A stretch of 64,000 bases of DNA from an uncultured delta proteobacterium (GTDB taxonomy: Bacteria; Desulfobacterota; Binatia; Binatales; Binataceae): the NCBI GenBank assembly GCA_963794325.1, contig CAWCDG010000002.1, positions 96,001-160,000 on the forward strand, in the 5' to 3' direction. Shown piece after piece: positions 19,187-29,533 of the stretch. The position numbers and the translations under genes are program-made. A model generated the notes under the pieces. The model did no database searches. It was not told where the DNA came from and saw nothing but the letters and a program-made list of their open reading frames with translations. How positions within the stretch are numbered: position 1 is the stretch's first letter; each line of letters starts with the position of its first letter.

Positions 19187-20647
19187 TTAGACCACGGGTG
19201 GCCGCGGCTTGAATGCGCCGGTGCGCTCGAAAGCGTCGCCGGCGCGGAGGATTGTTTCCTCGGCGAAGGGCGGCGCGATCAGTTGCATCCCGATTGGGAG
19301 GTTGTTCGCGTCGTGCCCGCACGGCATCGCCATCCCGGGCAAGCCGGCCAGGTTTACCGAGATGGTGAAGATGTCGGAAAGGTACATCGTGAGCGGATCG
19401 TTCATCTTCTCGCCGATTTTGAATGCGGTGGTCGGCGCGACCGGCGTCACGATCAGATCGCATTTCTCGAATGCGCGCTCGAAGTCCTTGCGGATGAGAG
19501 TGCGGACTTTTTGGGCCTTCAGGTAGTAGGCGTCATAGTAGCCGGCTGACAGCGCGAAGGTTCCGAGCATGATGCGGCGCTTTACCTCGGTGCCGAACCC
19601 TTTGGCCCGCGTCGATTCGTACAACGCGATATTGTCCTCGGCGTTTACGCGGAGGCCGTAGCGGATGCCGTCGTAGCGGGCGAGATTTGCGCTCGCCTCG
19701 GCGGTCGCGAGCAGGTAGTACGCGGCGATGGCGTAGCCGGTGTGCGGCAGTGAGATTTCGACGGTCGATGCGCCGAGCGATTCGTAGTTCTTGAGCGCGG
19801 AGCGGACCGACTTTTCGACCTCAGGTTGCATTCCCTCGACGAAGTATTCGCGCGGCACTCCGATTCGAAGACCTTTAACGTCTCCAGTCAGCGCATTTTC
19901 GTAGTCGGGGACCGGACGCGCCGAGCAGGTCGAGTCGCGAGTGTCCTTGCCAGCGAGAGTGCGCAGGAGAATCGCGGCGTCGCGCACCGACTTGGTGAAC
20001 GGGCCGACCTGGTCGAGCGACGACGCGAATGCGATAACGCCGAAGCGGCTGACGCGGCTGTAAGTCGGCTTGATTCCGACCACGCCGCAGAAACTGGCGG
20101 GCTCGCGGATCGAGCCGCCGGTGTCGGTGCCGAGCGACCCGAGGCATTCGTGGGCCGCGACCGCAGCCGCCGAGCCTCCCGATGAACCGCCGGAGACGCG
20201 CGCCGTGTCATGAGGATTGGCGGTCGCGCCGAACGCGGAATTTTCGGTCGAGGAGCCCATCGCGAATTCGTCCATGTTGGTCTTGCCGACGAAGATTGCG
20301 CCGTCCGCCCGCAGGCGTTCGATCACAGTCGCGTCGAAGGGCGGGACGAAATTTTCGAGGATTCGCGATGCGCAGGTCGTGCGAACGCCTTTGGTCGCGT
20401 AGATGTCCTTGATGCCGAGCGGAATCCCGCATAGCGCCGGTGCGTTGCCGGCCGCGAGCCGAGTGTCGGCGGCGCGTGCTTGTTCGAGCGCTTCTTTCTC
20501 CGTCACCGTCAGAAATGCATGAAGCTTGGGCTCGGCGGCGGCGATGCGATCGACGCAATCGCGAGTGAGCTGCGTCGCGGATATCTCGCGGGAGCGAAGT
20601 TTCGCCGACGCGTCGGCGATGGTGAGTTTGTTCAGTTCTGATGGCAT
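19187..20647 (-). CDS. gatA: Asp/Glu-tRNA amidotransferase subunit A
   Basis: [42 protein letters not shown]. Confidence 0.98.
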   Translation of the reverse strand: MPSELNKLTIADASAKLRSREISATQLTRDCVDRIAAAEPKLHAFLTVTEKEALEQARAADTRLAAGNAPALCGIPLGIKDIYATKGVRTTCASRILENFVPPFDATVIERLRADGAIFVGKTNMDEFAMGSSTENSAFGATANPHDTARVSGGSSGGSAAAVAAHECLGSLGTDTGGSIREPASFCGVVGIKPTYSRVSRFGVIAFASSLDQVGPFTKSVRDAAILLRTLAGKDTRDSTCSARPVPDYENALTGDVKGLRIGVPREYFVEGMQPEVEKSVRSALKNYESLGASTVEISLPHTGYAIAAYYLLATAEASANLARYDGIRYGLRVNAEDNIALYESTRAKGFGTEVKRRIMLGTFALSAGYYDAYYLKAQKVRTLIRKDFERAFEKCDLIVTPVAPTTAFKIGEKMNDPLTMYLSDIFTISVNLAGLPGMAMPCGHDANNLPIGMQLIAPPFAEETILRAGDAFERTGAFKPRPPVV

Positions 20648-20661
20648 GCTGGAGAAAATTT

Positions 20662-20958
20662 CTATTCGATTATTTTCGGGACTTTGAAGTAGTTGCGATC
20701 ACGCGATGGCGCATTCGCGAGCATCGCCTCGGCGTTCGGACGGTTGGTCACTTCGTCGTCGCGCATCGGAGTGCCGGCCTCTCCGACCTGAGTTGTCGGC
20801 GCGACATTTTTGGTGTCGAGCTCGTTCAATTTGTCCACGTACGCAAGCATCTCGTCCATATCGGCGCGCAGGCGATTTTCGTCCTCGAGAGATAGTTCGA
20901 GACGCGCGAGAAGCGCGACGTGGCGCACCTGTTCGACGGTTATTTTTGATTCAGCCAT
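20662..20958 (-). CDS. gatC: Asp/Glu-tRNA amidotransferase subunit C
   Basis: [17 protein letters not shown]...NAP...YFKVPKIIE; upstream of gatA. Confidence 0.95.
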   Translation of the reverse strand: MAESKITVEQVRHVALLARLELSLEDENRLRADMDEMLAYVDKLNELDTKNVAPTTQVGEAGTPMRDDEVTNRPNAEAMLANAPSRDRNYFKVPKIIE

Positions 20959-21011
20959 GGGCCTGCAGCGGGAATCGTAACATTCCGGGCGATCCATGTC
21001 AGGGTGGGGAA

Positions 21012-21487
21012 GGGAAATCACTTATTTAAAGTGAAACCCTTCGCGGGTTTCACGCTTCCGCGGCAGGGGTGACCCCTGCACCCAGTGATGAAGCGCAAAA
21101 TGGCGCGGACGCCATTTTGCTCGGCGGTTCTTTTTCTTGTGTCATTCAGAGCGAAGCGAAGAATCCCGGATCCTTCTTTGAGTGATCCTGATGGGCGGTT
21201 TGCGGCCTCCCAATACCTCGCCCGTTTACGGGAGAAAAGGCCGGCGGGCCGCCGGTAGGTGAGGGTGCTGCGATTCGAGCACAGTCCGTGCGGTCCGGTG
21301 CTGCGTTCAAAAGGAGCGCTGCGCGATTTTCAGAAACCGGAACCGGCTTCGCGCGCGCGAAGCTGTCCGGAGGCCAGAAGCCATTTCCTGCCGTCGCTAA
21401 TGCTCCCGTCGTGATGATGACACAAAAAAGTGAAACGGCGGGAGTCGTGATGATGCAAACAACCTAACCCCTAACCCCTTCCCATAG
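21012..21487 (+). repeat. ~475-bp composite repeat element, copy 1 (contains multi-hairpin core A at 21031-21087)
   Basis: Near-identical to 25451-25925; I saw only one indel. Confidence 0.95.
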
Positions 21488-21564
21488 GTGACTATGTTGG
21501 GAGTGACACTATGGCGTTGGCGCTACGTTGTGGATGACAGGTGGTTTTGATTTTGCTCACGAAA

Positions 21565-21993
21565 TTAGATGATAGTTGTAGGCGCTGTTGTTGATATAGA
21601 CAGGTCTCTAAACTTCGCATCAAATTGGTATGTACAGAGCACTCTCTCTTTGTTGCAGCGTTTTGTAACGAACGAATATATACAGAAGCCACTATTTCTG
21701 TTGAAGGCTGATGGGCATCCATCTACCGGATGGAAACGCACGCCGAGACTCACCGGCTTTGTGGTTCGCCCGTTCGGCGCAATCACCACAACATCTGGCG
21801 GATAGCCGCGTTTCGGCAGGGCTCTGCTCTCCGTAATCTGGCCGAATTGGAAGTTTGTTGTAGAGGCAGAAAGTCGTAGACACTTGGCTAACAGTTGCGG
21901 GCGATAGACATTGTTGATGAACGAAAAGTCGATGATGCACGATTCCGCGTTGGGAATGCAGTTTGGTGGCAAGCTATGAAACTTGAAATACAA
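21565..21993 (-). CDS. Hypothetical protein (AT-rich; may be the frameshifted continuation of 21974..22285)
   Basis: 142-aa ORF in low-GC DNA; no family recognised. Confidence 0.3.
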   Translation of the reverse strand: MYFKFHSLPPNCIPNAESCIIDFSFINNVYRPQLLAKCLRLSASTTNFQFGQITESRALPKRGYPPDVVVIAPNGRTTKPVSLGVRFHPVDGCPSAFNRNSGFCIYSFVTKRCNKERVLCTYQFDAKFRDLSISTTAPTTII

Positions 21994-22285
21994 AGAGAGA
22001 AACGGCGCACCAGCTTTTCGAGGTGATACACCAGCTTTCGTGGGCTTGATCCTGATTGTACTCGGCTGCCGTTTGGCGTGGCTTTGCAGTCGCTACGACC
22101 GATGGCGCGGCGTGCGTTGGCTGTTCTGTAGCTACGGAATGGTTATATGAGGGCTCGCCTTCACTCTTTTCGGCTATCACTGGTGGTGATTTTGGGGCGG
22201 CTTGGGCGCTTACGTTTTGTCCGACGTTTAGAAGTAATGCCGACGCTATCAGGATCAACGCGAACCAGGTGCTTGAGTGCTTCAT
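21974..22285 (-). CDS. Hypothetical secreted protein
   Basis: Signal peptide MKHSSTWFALILIASALLL...VSA followed by a P/A-rich linker. Confidence 0.45.
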   Translation of the reverse strand: MKHSSTWFALILIASALLLNVGQNVSAQAAPKSPPVIAEKSEGEPSYNHSVATEQPTHAAPSVVATAKPRQTAAEYNQDQAHESWCITSKSWCAVSLFVFQVS

Positions 22286-22419
22286 GGAACGTCAGCGGAT
22301 GGAGTAAGATGGGTTTCGCTTTTGGCATAGTACTACTCTTCGCGGGAACGGCAATCGGAATTGTCCGCCTCTATCCACAATCAGGTGACTGGCATTGTCT
22401 GCCTGAGGCTTCCGCCAGC

Positions 22420-22762
22420 GGCTGCTGGCCTCCGGACAGCTTAGCGCAAGCGAAGCCGGTTCCGGTTTCTGAAATGGCGCAGCGGTCATTCTGAACGCTG
22501 GGAACGAATTGCACGGACTCTGCTCGAATCGCAGAACCCTCACCTACCGGCGGCTGAGCCCGCCGGCCTCCTCTCGCGTAAAGCAACGGGCGAGGTAATT
22601 TCCCAGCCCCCATCCTCCCCAGAACCTGAGAGCGAAAGGTTGTCCTCAACATTTCGCGCTTCTCACTTTTCACTTTTTCACTGGGTGCAGGGGTCACCCC
22701 TGCCGAAGGAAGCGTGAAACCCACCGCGGGTTTCACATTTGATAAAGTGATTTCCCCTTCCC
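22420..22762 (-). repeat. Diverged inverted copy of the composite element
   Basis: Reverse complement has core A, then ccgccggtaggtgaggg..tgcgattcgagca and ttcagaaaccggaaccggcttcgc..agctgtccggaggccag, in the same order as copy 1. Confidence 0.9.
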
Positions 22763-22911
22763 ACCGTGCCATCTGATGGCGAAGGCGGCGGGGCAGGGCG
22801 ATGACGCAAATCACCTAACCTCTAACCCCTTCCCGAGCGGGAAGGGGAACCGGATTGAGGGAGTGATCCCTTTTCTCACTCCTCGCGGAAAGGGGGGCCG
22901 GATTGAAAGGC

Positions 22912-25020
22912 TTACTTTTGGCGGCTGGCGACGCCGAAGTAGTCACCGCCTTTGGCTTGGGCGTCGTCGGTGCCCCATTCGCGGGTGAGCTCAACTTTTT
23001 GCATTAGTGGGATGTGCTTTGAACAGTGGATGAATGCTTCGTCCACCGTGACCATGACCCAGCGTTCGAGGACTCCGGCCGGGCTGTTCATGATGGCTGG
23101 GTCGTGGAGCACGGTTTCTCCGGCCGGGTGATCTTTCATCTGGCGGAGGAACTCATCGTGCTCAACAATGTGCGCGATGCCGTTGACATGGAGGCCGATT
23201 CGGTCCTTGGTGAAATCGATGAACATGAGGCCGATATGCGGATTCTCGGAAATGTTGCCCATACTCGACATCACGCCGTTGCCGTGAAACTCGGGATAGG
23301 CGATGGTGCGATCATCGAGCACTTTGACAAAGTTGGGGTGGCCGGCGCGGAACGAGGCGTCGGTGTTCCTTTCGCATCAGCGGTTCCGACGAACATCATT
23401 TCCTGGCGGGCGATGAACGAGCGCATCGCGGAATTGAGATGATCGAGCACCTGATGCTTGTAGAAGGCGAGCGCCTGCAGGCTCTTGCCGAACTTGGCCT
23501 GCAACTCATGCTCGCCTTCCGAGCCGGGGAGCGGGCTCTCTTCCGCTCCGTCGGCGGCCTGACCGCCGCAGGCCCATGCGACGACTTCGCGCACCATCGA
23601 TTCGCAGGAACCGCAGGCCGAGCCGGCGCGGGTCGCCTCTCTAACGGCCTCGAAGGTGCGCAGCCCGCTATTGACGCAATCGATGAGCGCGCCCTTGTTG
23701 ACGCTCTGGCAGTTGCAGATTTGCGCATCGAGAGGGATCTGATCGATAGTAACCCGTTTGGGCGGACCTCCGCCGATATCGAAGAGCAGATTGATTCGCT
23801 CTTCGGGCAATGCCGCGTTGCTGTCGAAGGCATGCAGCAGGGCGGCGGCCTTGCTCACGTCGCCGAGCAGGATACCGCCGATCAATTGGTCGTCGCGGAT
23901 GATCAGCTTCTGGTAAGTCCCGCGCCGCGGTTCTGCGAACTGGACAACTTCGTCGCGCTCGATCGACGGGCTCAATCAGTCCCATCGAGGCCAGCTCGAC
24001 GCCCGCCACTTTGAGTCGAGTGGCGATCTTCGGGAGCCGTGGTAAAGCGGCCTTGGAATTGGCTCCGGTGATATGATCGGCGAGCACCTTGGCTTGCTCC
24101 CATATCGGGCGCAACGAGGCCGTAGGTCAGTCCGCGATGCTGGACGCATTCGCCGACTGCGTAAATGCGCGGATCGTCAACGGTGCGCATCTGGTTGTTG
24201 ACCACGATCGCGCGCTCGACGGTGAGGCCAGCATTGAGTGGCGATTTCGGCATTCGGCCTTGATACCGGTGGCGAAGACCACCAGATCGCATTCGAGGGT
24301 CTCGCCATTCTTGAACTGAAGTCCGCTGACGCGCTCGTCGCCGAGGACCGCGAGGGTGTCGGCGCCGAGATGAACGCGGATGCCCATTTTTCTCGACCAT
24401 CGAGCCGCAGGATGGCGCCGGCGGCAGGGTCGAGCTGTTGATTCATCAGATGGGTCGAGCGATGGATGACGTGGACTATCGAGGCCGAGACTGTGCAATC
24501 CCGTGCGCGCATTCGAGCCCGAGAAGACCGCCGCCGATCACCACCGCGCGCTTCTTCCCGGTGGCGTATTCGGCCATGCGGTGGCAATCGTCGAGCGAGC
24601 GAAACCCGAAGATGCCGGGCTTCATGCAGCCGTCGGCTCAACGTCAACCCCGGCAGCGGCGGAATGAAAGAGCGGCTGCCGGTCGCGATGATAAGCTGGT
24701 CGTACGGCTCTTCGCGAGCCGTCGGCGCCGATCACGCGGCGGGCGAAGCGCAAGATACGCGATGGCGCGAACGCCGGCGTGCAGGCGGATGGCATTTTGC
24801 TCGTACCATGCGAGCGGATTGAGAACGATTTCGCTCGGCCTGTCGCGATCCGTCGAGAACCGCGGAGAGCATGATGCGGTTGTAGTTGCCGAAAGGCTCG
24901 GCGCCGAACATCGCGATGTTGAACATGCTCGGCGCCGCCGCGCGCGAGAATCTCCTCGACGGTCCGCGCGCCCGCCATGCCGTTGCCGATGACGACCAGA
25001 TTGCGTTTGCCGCTCATCAT
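22912..25020 (-). pseudogene. NirB/NasB-like FAD/NAD(P)H oxidoreductase + BFD [2Fe-2S] + PNPOx-like FMN-binding domain; many frameshifts
   Basis: Fragments: LVVIGNGMAG, NYNRIMLS, IYAVGECVQH, ATRLKVAGV, ICNCQSV..AGSACGSC, PGSEGEHELQ, YPEFHGNGVMSSMGNISENPHIGL, EAFIHCSKHIP. Confidence 0.8.
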
Positions 25021-25366
25021 TCGAACTCCACGAAGCCGACGTCGATCATCACTTTGGCGGCGAGCCCTCGGGCGCCGCAATCATCAACTCGACGACGCTG
25101 CCGGGCAGGCAGTCATCGATGATCGCAAGCGGCACGTGAATCCCGCTTTTGGGACCGCACGGGAACAACCGGATCGATTTGCCGTCGCGCTGGAGCGCGA
25201 CGTAAAGAAATTCGGAGGTCGGGTTGCCGATTCGTCAATAGATGAATTGGGCGCGCTTGTCGGGCGGGACGGTATAGACCGCCTTGGGCTCGAGGCTAAC
25301 CGGTACTTCGAGCCCGCGGGCTTCGAACGCGAACATCCCAGTGAAGAATTTATGGGTCTCGTGCAT
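25017..25366 (-). pseudogene. Small conserved protein of the type found upstream of NirB-like flavoproteins; internal TGA and a 3' frameshift
   Basis: Manual translation MHETHKFFTGMFAFEARG...YTVPPDKRAQFIY*RIGN...RDGKSIRLFPCGPKSGIHVPLAI...DVGFVEFE; AAGGGG RBS; ATGA overlap with the downstream gene; absent from the ORF track. Confidence 0.65.
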
Positions 25367-25450
25367 CGATGCCCCTTTATTCGAGAATCTGAATCATCAA
25401 CAGCGATTCTCACATACGCCGGACGAACTTCGGTGGCAAGGTGAGAGCAG

Positions 25451-25925
25451 GGGAAATCACTTATTTAAAGTGAAACCCTTCGCGGGTTTCACGCTTCCGC
25501 GGCAGGGGTGACCCCTGCACCCAGTGAGAAGCGCAAAATGGCGCGGACGCCATTTTGCTCGGCGGTTCTTTTTCTTGTGTCATTCAGAGCGAAGCGAAGA
25601 ATCCCGGATCCTTCTTTGAGTGATCCTGATGGGCGGTTTGCGGCCTCCCAATACCTCGCCCGTTTACGGGAGAAAAGGCCGGCGGGCCGCCGGTAGGTGA
25701 GGGTGCTGCGATTCGAGCACAGTCCGTGCGGTCCGGTGCTGCGTTCAAAAGGAGCGCTGCGCGATTTTCAGAAACCGGAACCGGCTTCGCGCGCGCGAAG
25801 CTGTCCGGAGGCCAGAAGCCATTTCCTGCCGTCGCTAATGCTCCCGTCGTGATGATGACACAAAAAAGTGAAACGGCGGGAGTCGTGATGATGCAAACAA
25901 CCTAACCCCTAACCCCTTCCCATAG
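25451..25925 (+). repeat. ~475-bp composite repeat element, copy 2
   Basis: Direct repeat of 21012-21487. Confidence 0.95.
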
Positions 25926-26059
25926 TGGGAAGGGGAACCGGATTGATGGAGTAACCTCTTCCCGGGGAAGGGGACTGGATTAAGAAGGGCCTAGCCGCTT
26001 AAGGGTTAGCGCTTGCGGCCGCTGCGGTGGCCTTCTAGCCTCGCGATGATGGGGGCGCG

Positions 26060-26470
26060 TTGGATAAGATGAAGGCGCGCGATTTGATTGGGCGCGCGTC
26101 GGCGTGGATCGCGGAGTTGCGGGCGCGGCTTCCGTTGGGGCGGCGGGGGGAGAGAGCCGCGGAAAAGTATTTGCGGCGGTGTGGGTTTCGGATCGTCAAG
26201 CGGAATTTTCGGGCGGCGGGGGCGGAGATCGATATTGTTGCGATGGACGGCGAGACGCTGGTGTTTGTTGAGGTGAAGACGCGGCGGAGTCGTGATGCTG
26301 GGGCGCCGGAGGAAGCCGTCGATGAGCGCAAGCAGAAGCAGATACGGCGCGCGGCGGGGATTTTTGCGACGCGGTATCGCGCGGACGAGGTCACGATGCG
26401 CTTCGATGTAATCGCGGTTGACGCATCGGGCGAGCGGCTGGAGATTGAACTGCTGAGGAACGCATTCTGA
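26060..26470 (+). CDS. yraN: YraN (UPF0102) PD-(D/E)xK nuclease family protein
   Basis: LGRRGERAA, EIDIVA..LVFVEVKTR, RFDVIAV. Confidence 0.92.
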   Translation: MDKMKARDLIGRASAWIAELRARLPLGRRGERAAEKYLRRCGFRIVKRNFRAAGAEIDIVAMDGETLVFVEVKTRRSRDAGAPEEAVDERKQKQIRRAAGIFATRYRADEVTMRFDVIAVDASGERLEIELLRNAF

Positions 26471-26561
26471 GACAAAAGCGTGAAGCGGCTGGCGTCGTGA
26501 CGATGCAAACAACCTAACCCCTAACCCCTTCCCGAGCGGGAAGGGGGACCGGATAAAAAGG

Positions 26562-26743
26562 TGAATGCTGGATATCAAGCTGATTCGTGTTCTTGAAGAA
26601 CAGAGCCCTAACCCCTGGCCCCTTCCCCGGAGGGGAAGGGGATTTGAGGTAACGACACCGTCATGTCCTATCCCCCTCGCCCCCTTTCCCGCGGGAAGGG
26701 GGAACAGAAGGATTCTGAATGCTGGATATCAAGCTGATTCGTG
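26562..26743 (+). mobile_element. 126-bp palindrome cassette flanked by a 28-bp direct duplication of the serS start
   Basis: tgaatgctggatatcaagctgattcgtg at 26562-26589 and 26716-26743; a related cassette lies at ~56982-57180. Confidence 0.75.
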
Positions 26744-28038
26744 AACGGCCGGATTTCGTGAAGGGCGAGCTCGCTAAGAGAGGGGTCGATCCGGCGGAGG
26801 TTGATCGGCTGCTCGAGGCTGATCAGCGGCGGCGGAAGCTTCAGGGCGATGTTGATCAACTGCGCGCCGATCGGAAGAGGCGGGCGCGGGAAGTCGGCAA
26901 GTTGGCGCCTGAGGATCGTGCGGCCGAGATTGCGAAGATTCGCGCCGAGGAAGCGGATGAAGAGAAGCTCGCCAAGGGTGAGGCGATCGACGCCAGCAAT
27001 CCACTGCTTATCCTGGGGACCCAGCTTAACGAGGCGGAGAAAACGGTCGAGGAGTTGGCGCTGACGCTGCCTAACATTCCGCGGTCCTATGTTGTCGTGG
27101 GTAAGAGCGAGGCTGACAACCGGGTTATTAAGACTGAGGGGACGCCGATTGAGTTCACTTCGTTCAAGCCTCTCCCCCATTGGGAGCTTGGCGAGAAGCT
27201 TGGGATTATTGATTTCGATCGCGGGGTGAAACTGTCGGGGACTCGGTTCTATGTTCTGAGCGGAGCGGGAGCGCGGCTGCAGCGGGCGCTGATTAGCTGG
27301 ATGCTCGACGTCAAGATTCGAGAGCAGGGGTATCTGGAAATAATTCCGCCGCTGATGGTGAGTACTGAGACGGCGACCAGCACGGGGCATCTGCCGAAGA
27401 ACGCGGATACGATGTACCGCGACGCCGAAGACGATTTCTGGTTTATCCCGACGGCGGAGGTTCCGCTCACCAGTTTGCATCGTGAGGAGACGCTCGATGA
27501 AAGCAGTTTGCCGATCTACATGACCGCGTACACGCCCTGTTTCAGGCGCGAGAAGATGTCGGCGGGGCGCGATGTCAGAGGGATCAAGCGGGGGCATCAG
27601 TTTGACAAGGTCGAGATGGTCAAGCTGGTGCGTCCGGAAACGTCAGACGACGAATTTCATAAGATGGTGAATGATGCCGCGGAGATTTGCCGGCGGCTGA
27701 AGATTCCATATCGAGTCGTCGAGCTGTGCACCGCGGATCTGAGTTTCGCCAGCGCGGTTACTTATGATCTCGAAATGTGGGCGCCGGGGTGCGGCGAGTG
27801 GCTCGAAGTCAGCTCGGTTTCGAATTGCACGGACTTCCAGGCGCGTCGCGCGAAGATTCGTTTCAAGACGAAGGGTGGAAAGCCGGAACTGGTGCATACG
27901 CTGAATGGCTCGGGGCTGGCGCTGCCGCGCACGATGATCGCGGTGCTGGAGAATTATCAGAATGAAGATGGGAGTGTCACAATCCCCGAAGTTCTGCGGC
28001 CTTATATGGGCGGGGTGGAACGGATACACAAATCTTAA
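26719..28038 (+). CDS. serS: Serine--tRNA ligase
   Basis: MLDIKLIRE, IPTAEVPL, FRREK, HQFDKVE, EVSSVSNCTDFQARR, HTLNGSGLA. Confidence 0.98.
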   Translation: MLDIKLIRERPDFVKGELAKRGVDPAEVDRLLEADQRRRKLQGDVDQLRADRKRRAREVGKLAPEDRAAEIAKIRAEEADEEKLAKGEAIDASNPLLILGTQLNEAEKTVEELALTLPNIPRSYVVVGKSEADNRVIKTEGTPIEFTSFKPLPHWELGEKLGIIDFDRGVKLSGTRFYVLSGAGARLQRALISWMLDVKIREQGYLEIIPPLMVSTETATSTGHLPKNADTMYRDAEDDFWFIPTAEVPLTSLHREETLDESSLPIYMTAYTPCFRREKMSAGRDVRGIKRGHQFDKVEMVKLVRPETSDDEFHKMVNDAAEICRRLKIPYRVVELCTADLSFASAVTYDLEMWAPGCGEWLEVSSVSNCTDFQARRAKIRFKTKGGKPELVHTLNGSGLALPRTMIAVLENYQNEDGSVTIPEVLRPYMGGVERIHKS

Positions 28039-28364
28039 GTGAAACCCTTCGCGGGTTTCACGCTTCCGCGGCAGGGGTGACCCCTGCACCCAGTGTTAAG
28101 AAAATCGCGAAATGTTGAGGACAACCTTTAGCTCTTAGGGTCTGGGTGGAGGGTGCAGAGAATCACCGGCTGAAGCCGGTGCCACTTTGGGCAGTGATTT
28201 TGGTGGCACAGGCTTTAGCCTGTGATTTTCTGGTCCATGCAAATCCGGGAAAGAATCGCTCTGAATGTAGTACTGGGTGCAGGGGTCACCCCTGCCGCGG
28301 AAGCGTGAAACCCGCGAAGGGTTTCACATTTAATGAAGTGATTTCCCCTTCCTCACCCTGACAT
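28039..28364. repeat. Inverted pair of core A elements (28039-28095 +, 28272-28327 -) enclosing GTGG-type REPs
   Basis: gtgaaacccttcgcgggtttcac...cccagtg and its reverse complement; internal gtggcacaggctttagcctgtg. Confidence 0.9.
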
Positions 28365-28422
28365 CCGACAAAGGCCGGGGTTTCGCCTTAGATTCGCGGG
28401 TTCATCGCGATTTTTGGGCTAC

Positions 28423-28454
28423 GTAACATTCCCGCAACAATTGGTGCGTATGAT
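28423..28454 (+). promoter_or_regulatory. Possible Pho box-like direct repeat and -10 element upstream of pstC
   Basis: GTAACA (28423) and GCAACA (28434) at 11-bp period, then TATGAT at 28449. Confidence 0.35.
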
Positions 28455-28555
28455 TAGTGGCACGGACAGTTCGGCCATTGTGTATCGGCTGGCTTGATGT
28501 GAGTACGGGAAGAAATTTCGCGGGAAGAAATCGCTTGTCCGAATTAGAAGGTTCG

Positions 28556-29533
28556 ATGGCCGACAGTATTCCGACCGTCCGGCGCGAGCGCGCAGGGGCG
28601 CCGGTGCATGTTCGTCTGTTCGGCGATCGAATTTTCAACACGGCGACATTTATTCTTGCACTGGCGATTCTCGGCTTGCTGTTTGGACTGGCGATTGCGC
28701 TGATTGTCAGCAGCTTCCCCGCGATACGCGCCTTCGGGTTGCATTTTTTTGTCAGCACGGAATGGGATCCCGTCGCCGATCACTACGGCGCGCTGCCGTT
28801 TATTTATGGGACGTTCGTTTCATCGATGATCGCGCTCGCAATCGCGGTGCCGCTGAGCCTCGGCGTCGCGCTATGCCTCAGCGAGATGGCGCCCGACTGG
28901 TTGAGCCATCGGTTGGGATTCCTGGTCGACTTGCTGGCCGCGATTCCGAGCGTCGTTTACGGGCTGTGGGCGGTGTTCGTGATGGGTCCGTGGATTCGCG
29001 ATTACGTCGAGCCTCCGCTCGGGCATTATTTGGGCTGGCTGCCGTTTTTCCAAGGGCCGAAAGTCGCGGTCGGGATGCTGTCGGCGGGCGTAATTCTCGC
29101 GATTATGATCATTCCGTATATATCGTCGGTCTGCACCGACGTGTTTCGAGTCGTGCCGCATACGCAACGCGAGGCCGCACTCGCGCTGGGCGCGACCAAG
29201 TGGGAGATGGTCAAGACCGCGGTGATTCCGTACGGGATGACCGGCGTGATTGGCGCGATCATTTTGGGATTGGGGCGCGCGCTCGGCGAGACGATCGCGG
29301 TGGCGATGGTAATCGGCAACTCGGCCGATATATCCGTATCGCTGTTCAAGCCGGCGGCGACCCTGGCCAGCGTGATCGCCAATGAATTCGCGGAGGCCAC
29401 CTCTGACCTTTATGTTGCGGCGCTGATCGAGCTGGGACTGGTGCTGCTGATCCTCGGGATCGTCCTCAACGTCGTAGCGCGCGCGCTGGTGCTCGGTGTG
29501 CAGCGGCGACGCTACCAGGAGGTGGGCAAGTAG
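28556..29533 (+). CDS. pstC: Phosphate ABC transporter permease PstC
   Basis: LLAAIPSVVYGLW, EAALALGATKWE, LGRALGETIAV. Confidence 0.96.
   Translation: MADSIPTVRRERAGAPVHVRLFGDRIFNTATFILALAILGLLFGLAIALIVSSFPAIRAFGLHFFVSTEWDPVADHYGALPFIYGTFVSSMIALAIAVPLSLGVALCLSEMAPDWLSHRLGFLVDLLAAIPSVVYGLWAVFVMGPWIRDYVEPPLGHYLGWLPFFQGPKVAVGMLSAGVILAIMIIPYISSVCTDVFRVVPHTQREAALALGATKWEMVKTAVIPYGMTGVIGAIILGLGRALGETIAVAMVIGNSADISVSLFKPAATLASVIANEFAEATSDLYVAALIELGLVLLILGIVLNVVARALVLGVQRRRYQEVGK

Noticed and set aside
25235-25237. In-frame TGA as selenocysteine
   Set aside because: Not in a redox motif, no convincing SECIS, and located in the most error-rich region.
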